Source: Candidatus Uhrbacteria bacterium (GTDB lineage: Bacteria; Patescibacteriota; Patescibacteriia; UBA9934). Taken from it: DNA of 55,520 nucleotides. The position numbers were made by a program, and so were the translations under genes. The notes below the pieces were generated by a model. The model did not search any database. It was not told where the DNA came from and was given only the letters and a program-made list of their open reading frames with translations. The stretch lies in contig DMOG01000001.1 in the NCBI GenBank assembly GCA_003453595.1, positions 1-55,520 of the forward strand, given 5' to 3'. Of this stretch, positions 43,884 to 52,524 are shown in pieces (the first letter of the stretch is position 1; every line of letters begins with the position of its first letter).

Positions 43884-44801
43884 ATGAGAAGAAGAAATTT
43901 CCTCAAATCTCATCAAGCTAATGTCTATAAACGATCTCGTTTTGAAAATCCTTATTTTTCGGGGGAAAAACAAACATCATGGACAAGATACTTAATTATT
44001 CCTGGAATCTTCTTTATCTTAACTTTGATTGCCTGGGGATTAATAGCATTACCAATGATGCGTATTAAATCAATAGAAACAGTCGGCCTAGTAACTATTC
44101 AGCCATCAGCAGTTGAGCAGACAGTCAAAGATCTTATTTCTAAGCCTGTATTTTATTTTTTTCCTGGTGATCACCACTGGTTTTTACAAACACAAAAAAT
44201 TGCTAATCAATTAAAAGAAATCTACCAATTAAACGAGGTGGATGTTCAACAAGTTGGCAGAAGACTATTAATTACAATTTCAGAGAGGATCACTCGCGCT
44301 ATTTGGGTCTCGAATGATCGATATTTCTTTCTAGATGAAAACGGAACCATAGTACGAGAACTGTCACCTGAAGAACGATTAGAAGCTGAGGAACAGATCA
44401 ACACCCAAACTCAACCATCAAACTATCTTCAATCTCCAATATTTGCGATCTGGGACACATCAAATTCACAGACACAAGCGGAAACCTCAACAACCACCCC
44501 CAACCCCTCCTTGGAAAATGAGGGGGGCCGGATATCCACACTTCTTTTATCAACAATTGATAATTTTGACTTGTTATTGCGAAGTTCAACAATTCAACCA
44601 ATATCCTATTTAATAGAAAAACCGAATGAAATTTGGGTAACAGCCAAAACTACGCTTGGAGTTGATATATATATAAATGGGGCAGGGGACGCACAAGAGC
44701 AATTTGATTATTTGCAGCTAGTTCTATCAGACTACAGAAATCAAATCCAAGACTTAGAATACATTGACTTGCGATTTGGCAATCGTATCTATATTCGATA
44801 G
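43884..44801 (+). CDS. FtsQ-like cell-division protein (TM + POTRA-type region)
   Basis: N-terminal transmembrane helix followed by IKSIETVGLVTIQPSAVEQTV, a POTRA-like segment. The assignment is tentative. Confidence 0.55.
   Translation: MRRRNFLKSHQANVYKRSRFENPYFSGEKQTSWTRYLIIPGIFFILTLIAWGLIALPMMRIKSIETVGLVTIQPSAVEQTVKDLISKPVFYFFPGDHHWFLQTQKIANQLKEIYQLNEVDVQQVGRRLLITISERITRAIWVSNDRYFFLDENGTIVRELSPEERLEAEEQINTQTQPSNYLQSPIFAIWDTSNSQTQAETSTTTPNPSLENEGGRISTLLLSTIDNFDLLLRSSTIQPISYLIEKPNEIWVTAKTTLGVDIYINGAGDAQEQFDYLQLVLSDYRNQIQDLEYIDLRFGNRIYIR
44493..44525 (+). repeat. GC-rich palindromic element embedded in frame in the FtsQ-like gene
   Basis: ccacccccaacccctccttggaaaatgagggg with stem 44504-44509/44520-44525. 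Encodes ...TTPNPSLENEGGR... Confidence 0.4.
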
Positions 44802-44805
44802 GCCA

Positions 44806-45289
44806 TTTTACGACACCATACTTTTCAACAACCTAGTAGGGCAGGGGGTAATAAAATTCCTGCACATATGTCATTGCTGATATATTTTTCTTTATTTCAT
44901 ATCAAAGTACTTTTCACGATTTAGATAATTTTAGGGTATTAAATTAGATGAGCCTTGCCTGATATTGATTCGCAGAGGAGATAATTAAAACCAGCATACC
45001 CAAGCAACAAGAATAAAATACACAAGCGTCGCACATTATACCTTATACGACACCACGCTATTTTTAACATGATGTAGGGTGCATGTAGCTTAAGAAAATA
45101 AAACTAAAATAAGACAAATATTGCAAAATAATTATATAGATAAATTATTTTATCTATATATCCGGATAAATATAATTTGTATCTTAAAAGTAAGATAAGT
45201 CAGAATTAAAAAGAGTATACATATACTTCTAGCAAAAATAAAACACCCCTTCTCTTCAAAAAGGGGCACTACAATCCTGTGTCGTAAAA
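44806..45289. other. AT-rich non-coding region bounded by inverted TTTTACGACAC repeats
   Basis: TTTTACGACACC at 44806-44817, TTATACGACACC at 45043-45054 (each followed by about 40 nt of related sequence), and the inverted copy at 45279-45289. There is an internal 12-bp-arm palindrome at 45133-45160. Confidence 0.3.
45233..45266 (-). terminator. rho-independent terminator of the M23 peptidase gene
   Basis: On the minus strand, cccctt / aagggg stem (plus 45246-45251 / 45261-45266) followed by tgTTTTATTTTT. Confidence 0.6.
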
Positions 45290-45306
45290 CGAAAAACTTC
45301 TCAACC

Positions 45307-46494
45307 CTAATTACCTAAATACAATTGGGGGTCAACAGGGATTCCATTTTCTCTAACTTCAAAGTGAAGATGTGGCCCTGTGGAAAATCCAGTTGTCCCC
45401 TCGTATCCGATTATATCTCCCCTACTCACATATTGATCTGCACTTACTACCATGCTGCTCATGTGCGCATAAAGAGTGGCATAGCCATTAGCATGGATAA
45501 TCATCACATAATTCCCGTAAGAATTTCCGTATCGCGCCCAAGCAACATAACCTGGGGCAGCTGCCCTAATTGGTGTGCCAGCCGGAGCTGCAATATCTAG
45601 CCCATTGTGTTCCCCGATAATATTTCTAAATGGATAAGTGGGGTCATGGAATGTGGCTGTTATTATTCCGTTTAATGGCCAAGAAAAGACGGTTTCCCCA
45701 ACATAATCATCGCTCCCTGAAACCATATCGTCCATCTGCAACTGAAGGGCGCTAATTTGTTGAGTTATATTTTGCTGCTCTTGACGCATCTGGCTAAGAA
45801 GAACGCGATACTGTGACTCTGATTGCTCTGTGTAATCCAAAAGTACATCCTTGGCCTCCATTTGACTTTCTAATGTTAATTTTTGCCCCTCAAGCTCATC
45901 TTGAAGATCAACCAACTGATCCAGGCGATCCTGCAGATCTGCTTTATTTTCTTCAAGAGCCAATTTTGTTTCTTTTGTCTGTTCTAATGCGTTTTGTATG
46001 TCAGCATTAAGCGTTTCCAAAAGCTCAATTTCTGTAAATAAATCATTAAAGTCATTTGAACTAAATAAAACCTCTATAAAACCAACTCCATCACTCTTAT
46101 TTAGTTCAAAGATCATTTCCTTGAGCATTTCCTTTTGCATCTGAATTTGCACTTCTTGTTGGGCGATTGATTCTTCTATAATTTGAAGCTGTAATCCTTG
46201 AGACTCAATTTCTATTTGCGTTGCTTGAATATCAAGCTCAGTTAGGACAACTTGGTTTTCGATCATTGAGATATCGCTCTGCAGACTTGCTGACTGCGAT
46301 GCGTACTGATTAACTTTTTCTCGATACTCATCAATCTTGCTATTTATTTGATCTATCTGTGATTTTCGTACGCCAATTTGATCTTGAAGATCATCTATAT
46401 TAGTCTCGGTTGCAAAAACAAGACTTGCACCAGACAAGCTTAGTACGGTTGATAAAATCAACACTGTGGAAACAATGCACTTGAGTTTATTCAT
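45307..46494 (-). CDS. M23-family murein endopeptidase with N-terminal coiled coil (EnvC-like)
   Basis: Signal peptide, a long Q/E/L-rich coiled coil, and the C-terminal M23 motifs HNGLDI and GPHLHFEV. Confidence 0.88.
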   Translation of the reverse strand: MNKLKCIVSTVLILSTVLSLSGASLVFATETNIDDLQDQIGVRKSQIDQINSKIDEYREKVNQYASQSASLQSDISMIENQVVLTELDIQATQIEIESQGLQLQIIEESIAQQEVQIQMQKEMLKEMIFELNKSDGVGFIEVLFSSNDFNDLFTEIELLETLNADIQNALEQTKETKLALEENKADLQDRLDQLVDLQDELEGQKLTLESQMEAKDVLLDYTEQSESQYRVLLSQMRQEQQNITQQISALQLQMDDMVSGSDDYVGETVFSWPLNGIITATFHDPTYPFRNIIGEHNGLDIAAPAGTPIRAAAPGYVAWARYGNSYGNYVMIIHANGYATLYAHMSSMVVSADQYVSRGDIIGYEGTTGFSTGPHLHFEVRENGIPVDPQLYLGN

Positions 46495-46502
46495 CTGCTT
46501 TA

Positions 46503-46508
46503 ATTATA
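46503..46508 (-). promoter_or_regulatory. -10 hexamer TATAAT, 8 nt from ATG 46494
   Basis: The minus strand reads gcTATAATtaaagcagATG. Confidence 0.45.
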
Positions 46509-46545
46509 GCGCAGAAGATGGGAAGAAGGAAATAAAAATTGTTTA

Positions 46546-48009
46546 TTAACCCAAAAATTCTATAGCTTTACTTATTCTCTCAATTCCCTTTTCTTTACCA
46601 AAAACCCACAAAAGTTCAAATGGTGATGAGGATTTTTCTTGACCTGACAATGCAACACGCAATGGCCAAAGCACGGATCCATTATCAAGTTCATTTTTTA
46701 CAATATAAGCGCGTACTTCCCTTTCAATTGCTTCAGAGTTTACAAAAGAAGCATCTTCTAAATCTTCAATAAAATTCTTAATTTGCTTAAGTTGTAATTT
46801 TGCGTCTTGTGCGGTTGATTTTTTCCAAACAAGAAGTGATGAATCGTATTGAAACTCGGCAACATAAGGCTCAAGTTTTTCCTGCAGTTCATCTAATTTG
46901 TTTATACGATCTCGCTCAATTATTAAAGCTCGAGCAATCATATCATTATCTAAATCAAGACTAACAAATGGTCGGGCAACCTCAATAATTTCTTTAAGCT
47001 CCATGTTTTTTAAATATTGATTATTCATCCAATCTAACTTTTCCAAATTCATCACTGCTCCACTTTTTTTAACTTTTGATAAATCAAACATCGCAATTAA
47101 TTCTTCAAAATCATAAATCTCTCTATCCCCTGTTGGATTAAAACCAAGCGTACCAATAAAATTTAGCAATGCCTCTGGCAAATAACCTTTGTTTAGATAA
47201 TCTTCAACTGCAACATCACCCTGTCTTTTTGAAAGCTTTGTTTTATCAGCGTTGAGGAGTAATGGAACATGAGCAAAAACCGGCACATCAAATCCTAGCA
47301 TTTTAAAAAGCATAATATGTTTTGGAGTTGACGGCAGCCATTCTTCTCCACGAATAACATGAGTTATTTTCATTAATGCATCATCGATTACAACTGCTAG
47401 GTGATATGTAGGAAATCCGTCAGACTTTAAAATGACCTGATCGTCAATGTCTGCATTCTGAAATTTTACAGAACCTCTAACAACATCATCAACAATAGTT
47501 TCACCTTCCGGAACCTTCATGCGCACCACATACTGCTCGCCAGCTTCAATACGAGCTTTAACTTCTTCCCCGGATAAATTTAGGCAATGACGATCATATT
47601 TTGGCGTTTGTTTTGTAGTTCGTTGTTGTTCTCTCATTCCTTCTAACCTTTCTTTTGAACAAAAACAATGATACGCATCTTTTTGTTTTAGCAGCTGATC
47701 AACATATTTTTTATAAATATCTAATCGAGCTGATTGAACATAAGGACCACAATCCCCTTTTTCGACAATTAAGTTTTCATTATCGATTCTTGGACCTTCA
47801 TCTGGTTCTATTCCTAATTTTTTAAATGTTCTTAAAAGGCTTTCCAATGCCCCAGCGACTAATCTGGTTTGATCAGTGTCCTCAATCCTTAAAATAAATT
47901 CACCTCCAGTTTGTTTGGCTAGAAAATAATCAAACAAAGCAGTTCTTAAAGTCCCGATATGGATAAAGCCGGTTGGGCTTGGGGCAAGGCGCGTTCGTGC
48001 TGGAGTCAT
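46546..48009 (-). CDS. gltX: glutamyl-tRNA synthetase
   Basis: RLAPSPTGFIHIGTLRTALF (HIGH region) and KLSKR. Confidence 0.92.
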   Translation of the reverse strand: MTPARTRLAPSPTGFIHIGTLRTALFDYFLAKQTGGEFILRIEDTDQTRLVAGALESLLRTFKKLGIEPDEGPRIDNENLIVEKGDCGPYVQSARLDIYKKYVDQLLKQKDAYHCFCSKERLEGMREQQRTTKQTPKYDRHCLNLSGEEVKARIEAGEQYVVRMKVPEGETIVDDVVRGSVKFQNADIDDQVILKSDGFPTYHLAVVIDDALMKITHVIRGEEWLPSTPKHIMLFKMLGFDVPVFAHVPLLLNADKTKLSKRQGDVAVEDYLNKGYLPEALLNFIGTLGFNPTGDREIYDFEELIAMFDLSKVKKSGAVMNLEKLDWMNNQYLKNMELKEIIEVARPFVSLDLDNDMIARALIIERDRINKLDELQEKLEPYVAEFQYDSSLLVWKKSTAQDAKLQLKQIKNFIEDLEDASFVNSEAIEREVRAYIVKNELDNGSVLWPLRVALSGQEKSSSPFELLWVFGKEKGIERISKAIEFLG

Positions 48010-48068
48010 ATAATGTTTAAAAATTGGAATTGTTTAAGATGGTGAATTTCTCAAAGTGTTTAAAGCGT

Positions 48069-48884
48069 TTATTTTCCAATTAGCTGCTTAGCAATCTCAG
48101 GAACAGTATTCATCACCGCTTTGATAAATCTATGATTTTTTATAGCTTCAGATACAACATAGATTGGAAAAAAAATACTTGCCAAGATAATCCTACCAAT
48201 CCTTGAGGGTTCAATCAAGGCCCGCCAAATCCATTCTAAACCCATTTTCTGCATCAATCTTGGTGCTCGTTTACGCTTACCGGCAATCATATCTATGGCG
48301 CCACCAACACCAATCATCACTTTTACATCTGGAAATTCATCTTTAAATTGATTCATGAAAATCAGTTGTTTCTTATGCGAAAGTGCAATAGCAACTACAT
48401 CTGGATTAATCTTGTGAATTTCATCTATAATTTCATCCCTGACATAAATCCAACCAGATCTTATTAATAAGTAATCTGGATCAAGAATATCAATTATCAA
48501 ATTTTCATGACTCTGTAATAATTTAGTTTTTGCTTTTTCTAAAATCTCATCACTAGCACCAAGCAAGAGAATCTTTTTCCCCTGTTGCTCACAAAGATCA
48601 ATCAGATTCTTAAATGTATCTACCCCAGTATGCCGATTCTTTAGTCTATCATCAGTTAAGGCCGATATTGCAAAACGCATTGTTACCGAATCAGGCAAAT
48701 TTACATCAGTATTGCCAAGCGCTTTCTTAAAATCTAAATCATGTTTTGCATCAAGAAACATCTCAGCGTTCGGGGTGGCAATTATTTTTGTATTTTTAGA
48801 ATTTAAGAAAGAAAAAAGTTTTTGATCAAGTTCATGATCATTCAAGTCATCAAGTTTAATATTAAAAATCTCATGAATATACAT
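48069..48884 (-). CDS. WecB/TagA/CpsF-family glycosyltransferase
   Basis: GVGGAIDMIAGKRKRAPRLMQKMGLEWIWRALIEPSR is the family signature. ATG 48884 abuts the upstream stop at 48886. The ORF-track start at 48926 would overlap that upstream gene. Confidence 0.85.
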   Translation of the reverse strand: MYIHEIFNIKLDDLNDHELDQKLFSFLNSKNTKIIATPNAEMFLDAKHDLDFKKALGNTDVNLPDSVTMRFAISALTDDRLKNRHTGVDTFKNLIDLCEQQGKKILLLGASDEILEKAKTKLLQSHENLIIDILDPDYLLIRSGWIYVRDEIIDEIHKINPDVVAIALSHKKQLIFMNQFKDEFPDVKVMIGVGGAIDMIAGKRKRAPRLMQKMGLEWIWRALIEPSRIGRIILASIFFPIYVVSEAIKNHRFIKAVMNTVPEIAKQLIGK

Positions 48885-48885
48885 A

Positions 48886-49299
48886 CTATTTCCGCCAGAA
48901 TGCAACCAACGATAAAATTCCTCCAATTAAATCCATCGTAAAGTCCATCATAGTATCTGGAATATCTGGCTGACGCTTGAACTCATCAATTACGACCGGG
49001 AAAATCACATCAAGAACAAACTCATGCAACTCCCACAAAATACCAATCAATGAAACAAAGCCAAGCACAATCCCCGGCACTAGCCACCATTTTAAATGTT
49101 TTTGAAACCAACCCTTAAACTTAACTTCTTCCACGCCCTCCAACCAAATAGCCAGTCCAAGCGCACTCATGGCGAATCCTCCACCTAGGTGCATGAAAAT
49201 ATCATACCAACCAAAAATTTCATAAAGATTAAAAATTAGGCCAAGTGCATGAAATCCGAGCACAATTAAGATTATCAATATCGCTTTTTTGATTGTCAT
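48886..49299 (-). CDS. membrane protein (137 aa, four helices)
   Basis: Clean ATG ORF, hydrophobic. TAAAAT lies 9 nt upstream of the ATG. Confidence 0.6.
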   Translation of the reverse strand: MTIKKAILIILIVLGFHALGLIFNLYEIFGWYDIFMHLGGGFAMSALGLAIWLEGVEEVKFKGWFQKHLKWWLVPGIVLGFVSLIGILWELHEFVLDVIFPVVIDEFKRQPDIPDTMMDFTMDLIGGILSLVAFWRK

Positions 49300-49308
49300 A
49301 ATAGATAT

Positions 49309-49314
49309 ATTTTA
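49309..49314 (-). promoter_or_regulatory. -10 hexamer TAAAAT, 9 nt from ATG 49299
   Basis: The minus strand reads ccgTAAAATatatctattATG. Confidence 0.4.
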
Positions 49315-49345
49315 CGGTAAAATAAGCTTTTTCGCAATAAAACGC

Positions 49346-49374
49346 TTGACAAAATACTAAAAATTGGGTTTAAT
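49346..49374 (+). promoter_or_regulatory. sigma70-type promoter of the small GC-rich ORF
   Basis: TTGACA (49346-49351), a 17-nt spacer, then TTTAAT (49369-49374). Confidence 0.45.
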
Positions 49375-49403
49375 TGTTGTCCACCCAAGCACAGGACCCA
49401 AAA

Positions 49404-49607
49404 ATGGAAATCTTAATGATGTTCGGCATGATCTTCTGGATCATTCTCTTGACAGCTTGGGCTGCGATGCTCGCATCCCTGTTGATGGGGATGATCGAGG
49501 CCAGACCATGCCTGAAGATCTTCATATGGCTGATGATTATCAGCCTGCTGGCAACGATGGCTGTCGTCGCAATCGACGGCGCCATCAAGTGGTCAGCTAT
49601 GTTCTAA
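49404..49607 (+). CDS. small hydrophobic two-helix protein (67 aa) in a GC-rich islet
   Basis: MEILMMFGMIFWIILLTAWAAMLASLL...IWLMIISLLATMAVVAI. This is the first ATG after the promoter. An imperfect hairpin follows at 49618-49641. Confidence 0.45.
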   Translation: MEILMMFGMIFWIILLTAWAAMLASLLMGMIEARPCLKIFIWLMIISLLATMAVVAIDGAIKWSAMF

Positions 49608-49678
49608 TCTTCTCGTCCCGTCACTCGCGTGGCGGGATTGCGCGTTATAATTAAAATTTTTCAAAAATTTTTCAAATC

Positions 49679-49707
49679 TTGACTTTTTAAAATTAGCACT
49701 CTATACT
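49679..49707 (+). promoter_or_regulatory. sigma70-type promoter of clpB
   Basis: TTGACT (49679-49684), a 17-nt spacer, then TATACT (49702-49707). Confidence 0.7.
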
Positions 49708-49719
49708 TGTGAGTGCTAA
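49693..49719. promoter_or_regulatory. CIRCE operator (HrcA binding site)
   Basis: TTAGCACTC-N9-GAGTGCTAA is a perfect match to the CIRCE consensus. It overlaps the -10 element. Confidence 0.9.
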
Positions 49720-49797
49720 TGGAAGATTAAGAGTTAAAAGTATAAAGTATAAACATAAGCTTTGTGCTCTCTACTTTCAACTTTTTACTATCCTGCT

Positions 49798-52437
49798 ATG
49801 ATTCCCAATAACTTCACTTCCAAATCCCAAGAAGCTGTACAGCTAGCGCAGATGCTTGCTAATGAAAATGGTCAGCAGGCTATTGAGCCAATTCATCTCT
49901 TGGCAAGCTTACTAAACCAAGACGACGGAATTATTCCAACTCTTCTTGCCAAGATGCAAGTAAATACCAATGCGATTTCCCATAACATTGATCAAATTTT
50001 AAATAACCTACCAAAAAACTTTGGCTTTGCCCAAGCTGGAATGGGCCAAATTCTTCTCTCCCCTACTCTGGCAAAAGCCTTACAAGAAAGTGCTAAGCAG
50101 GCAAAACAATTTGGTGATGATTTTATTTCAACTGAACATTTATTTCTTGGACTTTTTACTAACAAACAAATCGCTCAATTTCTAGCTTCCCAAGGAATAG
50201 AGATTAATTCCACTTTGGAAGCATTAAAAGATGTCCGCGGGAATCAAAAAGTTGATTCGGCTGATCCAGAAGCAAAATTCCAAGCCCTGGAAAAGTACAG
50301 TATCAATCTCACAGATTATGCGCGAAAGGGAAAGCTGGATCCAGTTATCGGCCGCGATCAAGAGATTCGGCGTGTTATGCAGATTCTTGTCCGCCGAACA
50401 AAAAATAATCCTGTTCTAATCGGTGAGGCAGGAGTTGGGAAAACTGCCATTGTGGAAGGATTAGCCCAAAGAGTAATCGCCGGTGATGTGCCTGAGATGT
50501 TAAAGGAAAAAGAACTGATATCATTGGACATGGGCGCACTAGTTGCCGGAACAAAGTTTCGTGGTGAATTTGAAGAAAGATTAAAAGCGGTTATTAAAGA
50601 AATTGAAAAATCACAAGGAAAAATGATTCTTTTTATCGACGAACTGCACACCCTTGTTGGCGCTGGAAAAGGAGAGGAGTCCCCTATGGACGCATCCAAT
50701 ATGCTAAAGCCTGCCTTGGCGCGTGGTGAAATTCGAGTTATTGGAGCAACTACTACTAAAGAATATCAAAAGTATATTGAAAAAGACGCTGCCTTAGAGC
50801 GTCGATTCCAACCAATCGTGGTGGAAGAGCCATCAGTAACTGACACTATTGCCATCTTGAGAGGAATTAAGGAAAAGTATGAAATCCACCACGGTGTTCG
50901 CATAAGTGACGCGGCGATTGTTTCTGCAGCTGAACTTTCCAATCGCTATATTACCGATCGTTTTTTGCCTGACAAAGCCATTGATCTAGTGGATGAGTCA
51001 GCGGCTGCACTGCGAATGCAAATCGATTCCATGCCTGAAGATCTTGATCGCCTCAAGCGTGAAGAAATGCGACTGGAGATTGAAAAACAATCACTTCTTA
51101 AAGAAAAAGATAAGCATTCCAAACAAAGACTTAAGGATATTGAAAAAGCTATTGCTGACTCAAAGGAAAAATCTTCAGAACTTGAACTGCGATGGAAAAA
51201 CGAAAAAAACATTATTGAAAATATTCGCGCTTTAAAAAATGAGATTGACAAACTAACCAGTCAGGCCGAGATAGAAGAACGCAAGGGTGACCTACAAAAA
51301 GTTGCCGAAATTCGTTACAGCACAATACCAGCAAAAAGAAAGTCACTGGAAGACTCTCAAGAAACTCTCAAAGTTTTTCAAGAAGAGCGAGGTTTGCTCA
51401 AGGAACACATTGGTCCTGAGGAAATCGCCACGATCGTTTCTCGCTGGACTCATATTCCAATTTCCAAAATGCTACAAAGCGAAATGGAAAAACTGGCAAC
51501 CATGGAAGATGAAATTAAAAAACATGTCGTCGGTCAAGATGAGGCGATAACTGCAGTAAGCAATGCACTTCGTCGCTCTCGAGCAGGAATCTCAGAAGAA
51601 AAACGGCCAATTGGTTCTTTCATTTTCTTAGGTCCAACTGGAGTTGGTAAAACAGAGCTTGCTAAGGTTTTGGCCCAATTCATGTTTGATGACCAAGAAG
51701 CTCTAATCCGTGTCGACATGTCTGAATACATGGAAAAACACAGTGTTAGCAAAATGATTGGGTCACCTCCTGGTTACATCGGACACGATGAGGCAGGTCA
51801 GCTAACAGAGAAAGTTCGTCGTCGACCATATAGCGCAATCCTCTTTGATGAAATCGAAAAAGCTCACCCTGATGTATTTAACATGCTTTTGCAAGTACTC
51901 GATGACGGACATCTAACTGATGCCAAGGGTCGTCGTGTTAATTTCAAGAACACTATAATCATCATGACCTCAAACATTGGCTCTGACATGATTCTTAAAT
52001 CTGGAAAAAATGGTGCGATTGGTTTTGATGATGAGAACCAAAAAAAGGATAATGAAGAGCACGGCATCAAGAAACGAGTAATGGAGATGCTCAAGGAACA
52101 ATTCAAACCTGAGTTTTTAAATCGAGTTGATGAAATAATCTTCTTCTCTGGATTAAGCCAAGACCAAATTGCGGAAATTGTTCAGTTGCAAATTGATTTG
52201 GTGGCACAACGACTTAGTGAACAAAAACATATCACTATTAAAGTCACTGAAAGAACAAAAAAGTTTTTGGCCAAAGAAGGCTATGATCCACAATACGGCG
52301 CCCGACCATTGAAACGCATTATTCAACATCTAATCCTTGATCCGCTGGCAATGAAAATAGTCAAAGGCGAAGTTCCAGAAGAAAGCCATGTCGCTATCGA
52401 CACTATCCAAGACCAAATCAAAATCGCAGTAAAGTAA
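49798..52437 (+). CDS. clpB: ATP-dependent chaperone ClpB
   Basis: Clp N domain, two AAA+ modules ([16 protein letters not shown]), a long middle coiled coil, and GARPLKR. ATG 49798 ([13 protein letters not shown]) is preferred over the upstream alternative start. Confidence 0.93.
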   Translation: MIPNNFTSKSQEAVQLAQMLANENGQQAIEPIHLLASLLNQDDGIIPTLLAKMQVNTNAISHNIDQILNNLPKNFGFAQAGMGQILLSPTLAKALQESAKQAKQFGDDFISTEHLFLGLFTNKQIAQFLASQGIEINSTLEALKDVRGNQKVDSADPEAKFQALEKYSINLTDYARKGKLDPVIGRDQEIRRVMQILVRRTKNNPVLIGEAGVGKTAIVEGLAQRVIAGDVPEMLKEKELISLDMGALVAGTKFRGEFEERLKAVIKEIEKSQGKMILFIDELHTLVGAGKGEESPMDASNMLKPALARGEIRVIGATTTKEYQKYIEKDAALERRFQPIVVEEPSVTDTIAILRGIKEKYEIHHGVRISDAAIVSAAELSNRYITDRFLPDKAIDLVDESAAALRMQIDSMPEDLDRLKREEMRLEIEKQSLLKEKDKHSKQRLKDIEKAIADSKEKSSELELRWKNEKNIIENIRALKNEIDKLTSQAEIEERKGDLQKVAEIRYSTIPAKRKSLEDSQETLKVFQEERGLLKEHIGPEEIATIVSRWTHIPISKMLQSEMEKLATMEDEIKKHVVGQDEAITAVSNALRRSRAGISEEKRPIGSFIFLGPTGVGKTELAKVLAQFMFDDQEALIRVDMSEYMEKHSVSKMIGSPPGYIGHDEAGQLTEKVRRRPYSAILFDEIEKAHPDVFNMLLQVLDDGHLTDAKGRRVNFKNTIIIMTSNIGSDMILKSGKNGAIGFDDENQKKDNEEHGIKKRVMEMLKEQFKPEFLNRVDEIIFFSGLSQDQIAEIVQLQIDLVAQRLSEQKHITIKVTERTKKFLAKEGYDPQYGARPLKRIIQHLILDPLAMKIVKGEVPEESHVAIDTIQDQIKIAVK

Positions 52438-52452
52438 TCTACTAAATCCAAA

Positions 52453-52489
52453 AGACCTATAAGTAAATAACTTGCTTATAGGTCTTTTA
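52453..52489 (+). terminator. rho-independent terminator of clpB
   Basis: agacctataag (52453-52463) pairs with cttataggtct (52475-52485), followed by TTTT. Confidence 0.8.
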
Positions 52490-52490
52490 T

Positions 52491-52519
52491 TTGACATTTT
52501 TCGTGTTCTGGGTAATAAT
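52491..52519 (+). promoter_or_regulatory. sigma70-type promoter of the large candidate ncRNA
   Basis: TTGACA (52491-52496), a 16-17 nt spacer, then TAATAAT (52513-52519). Confidence 0.55.
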
Positions 52520-52524
52520 CATTT

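Noticed and set aside
49364-49654. Alternative ORFs in the 49.4-kb GC-rich islet (49364-49654 plus strand, 49370-49588 minus strand)
   Set aside because: All frames are open because of the GC content. Only the 49404-49607 frame gives a coherent two-helix hydrophobic product starting after the promoter. The others are Arg/Gly/Asp-rich or begin upstream of the -10 element.
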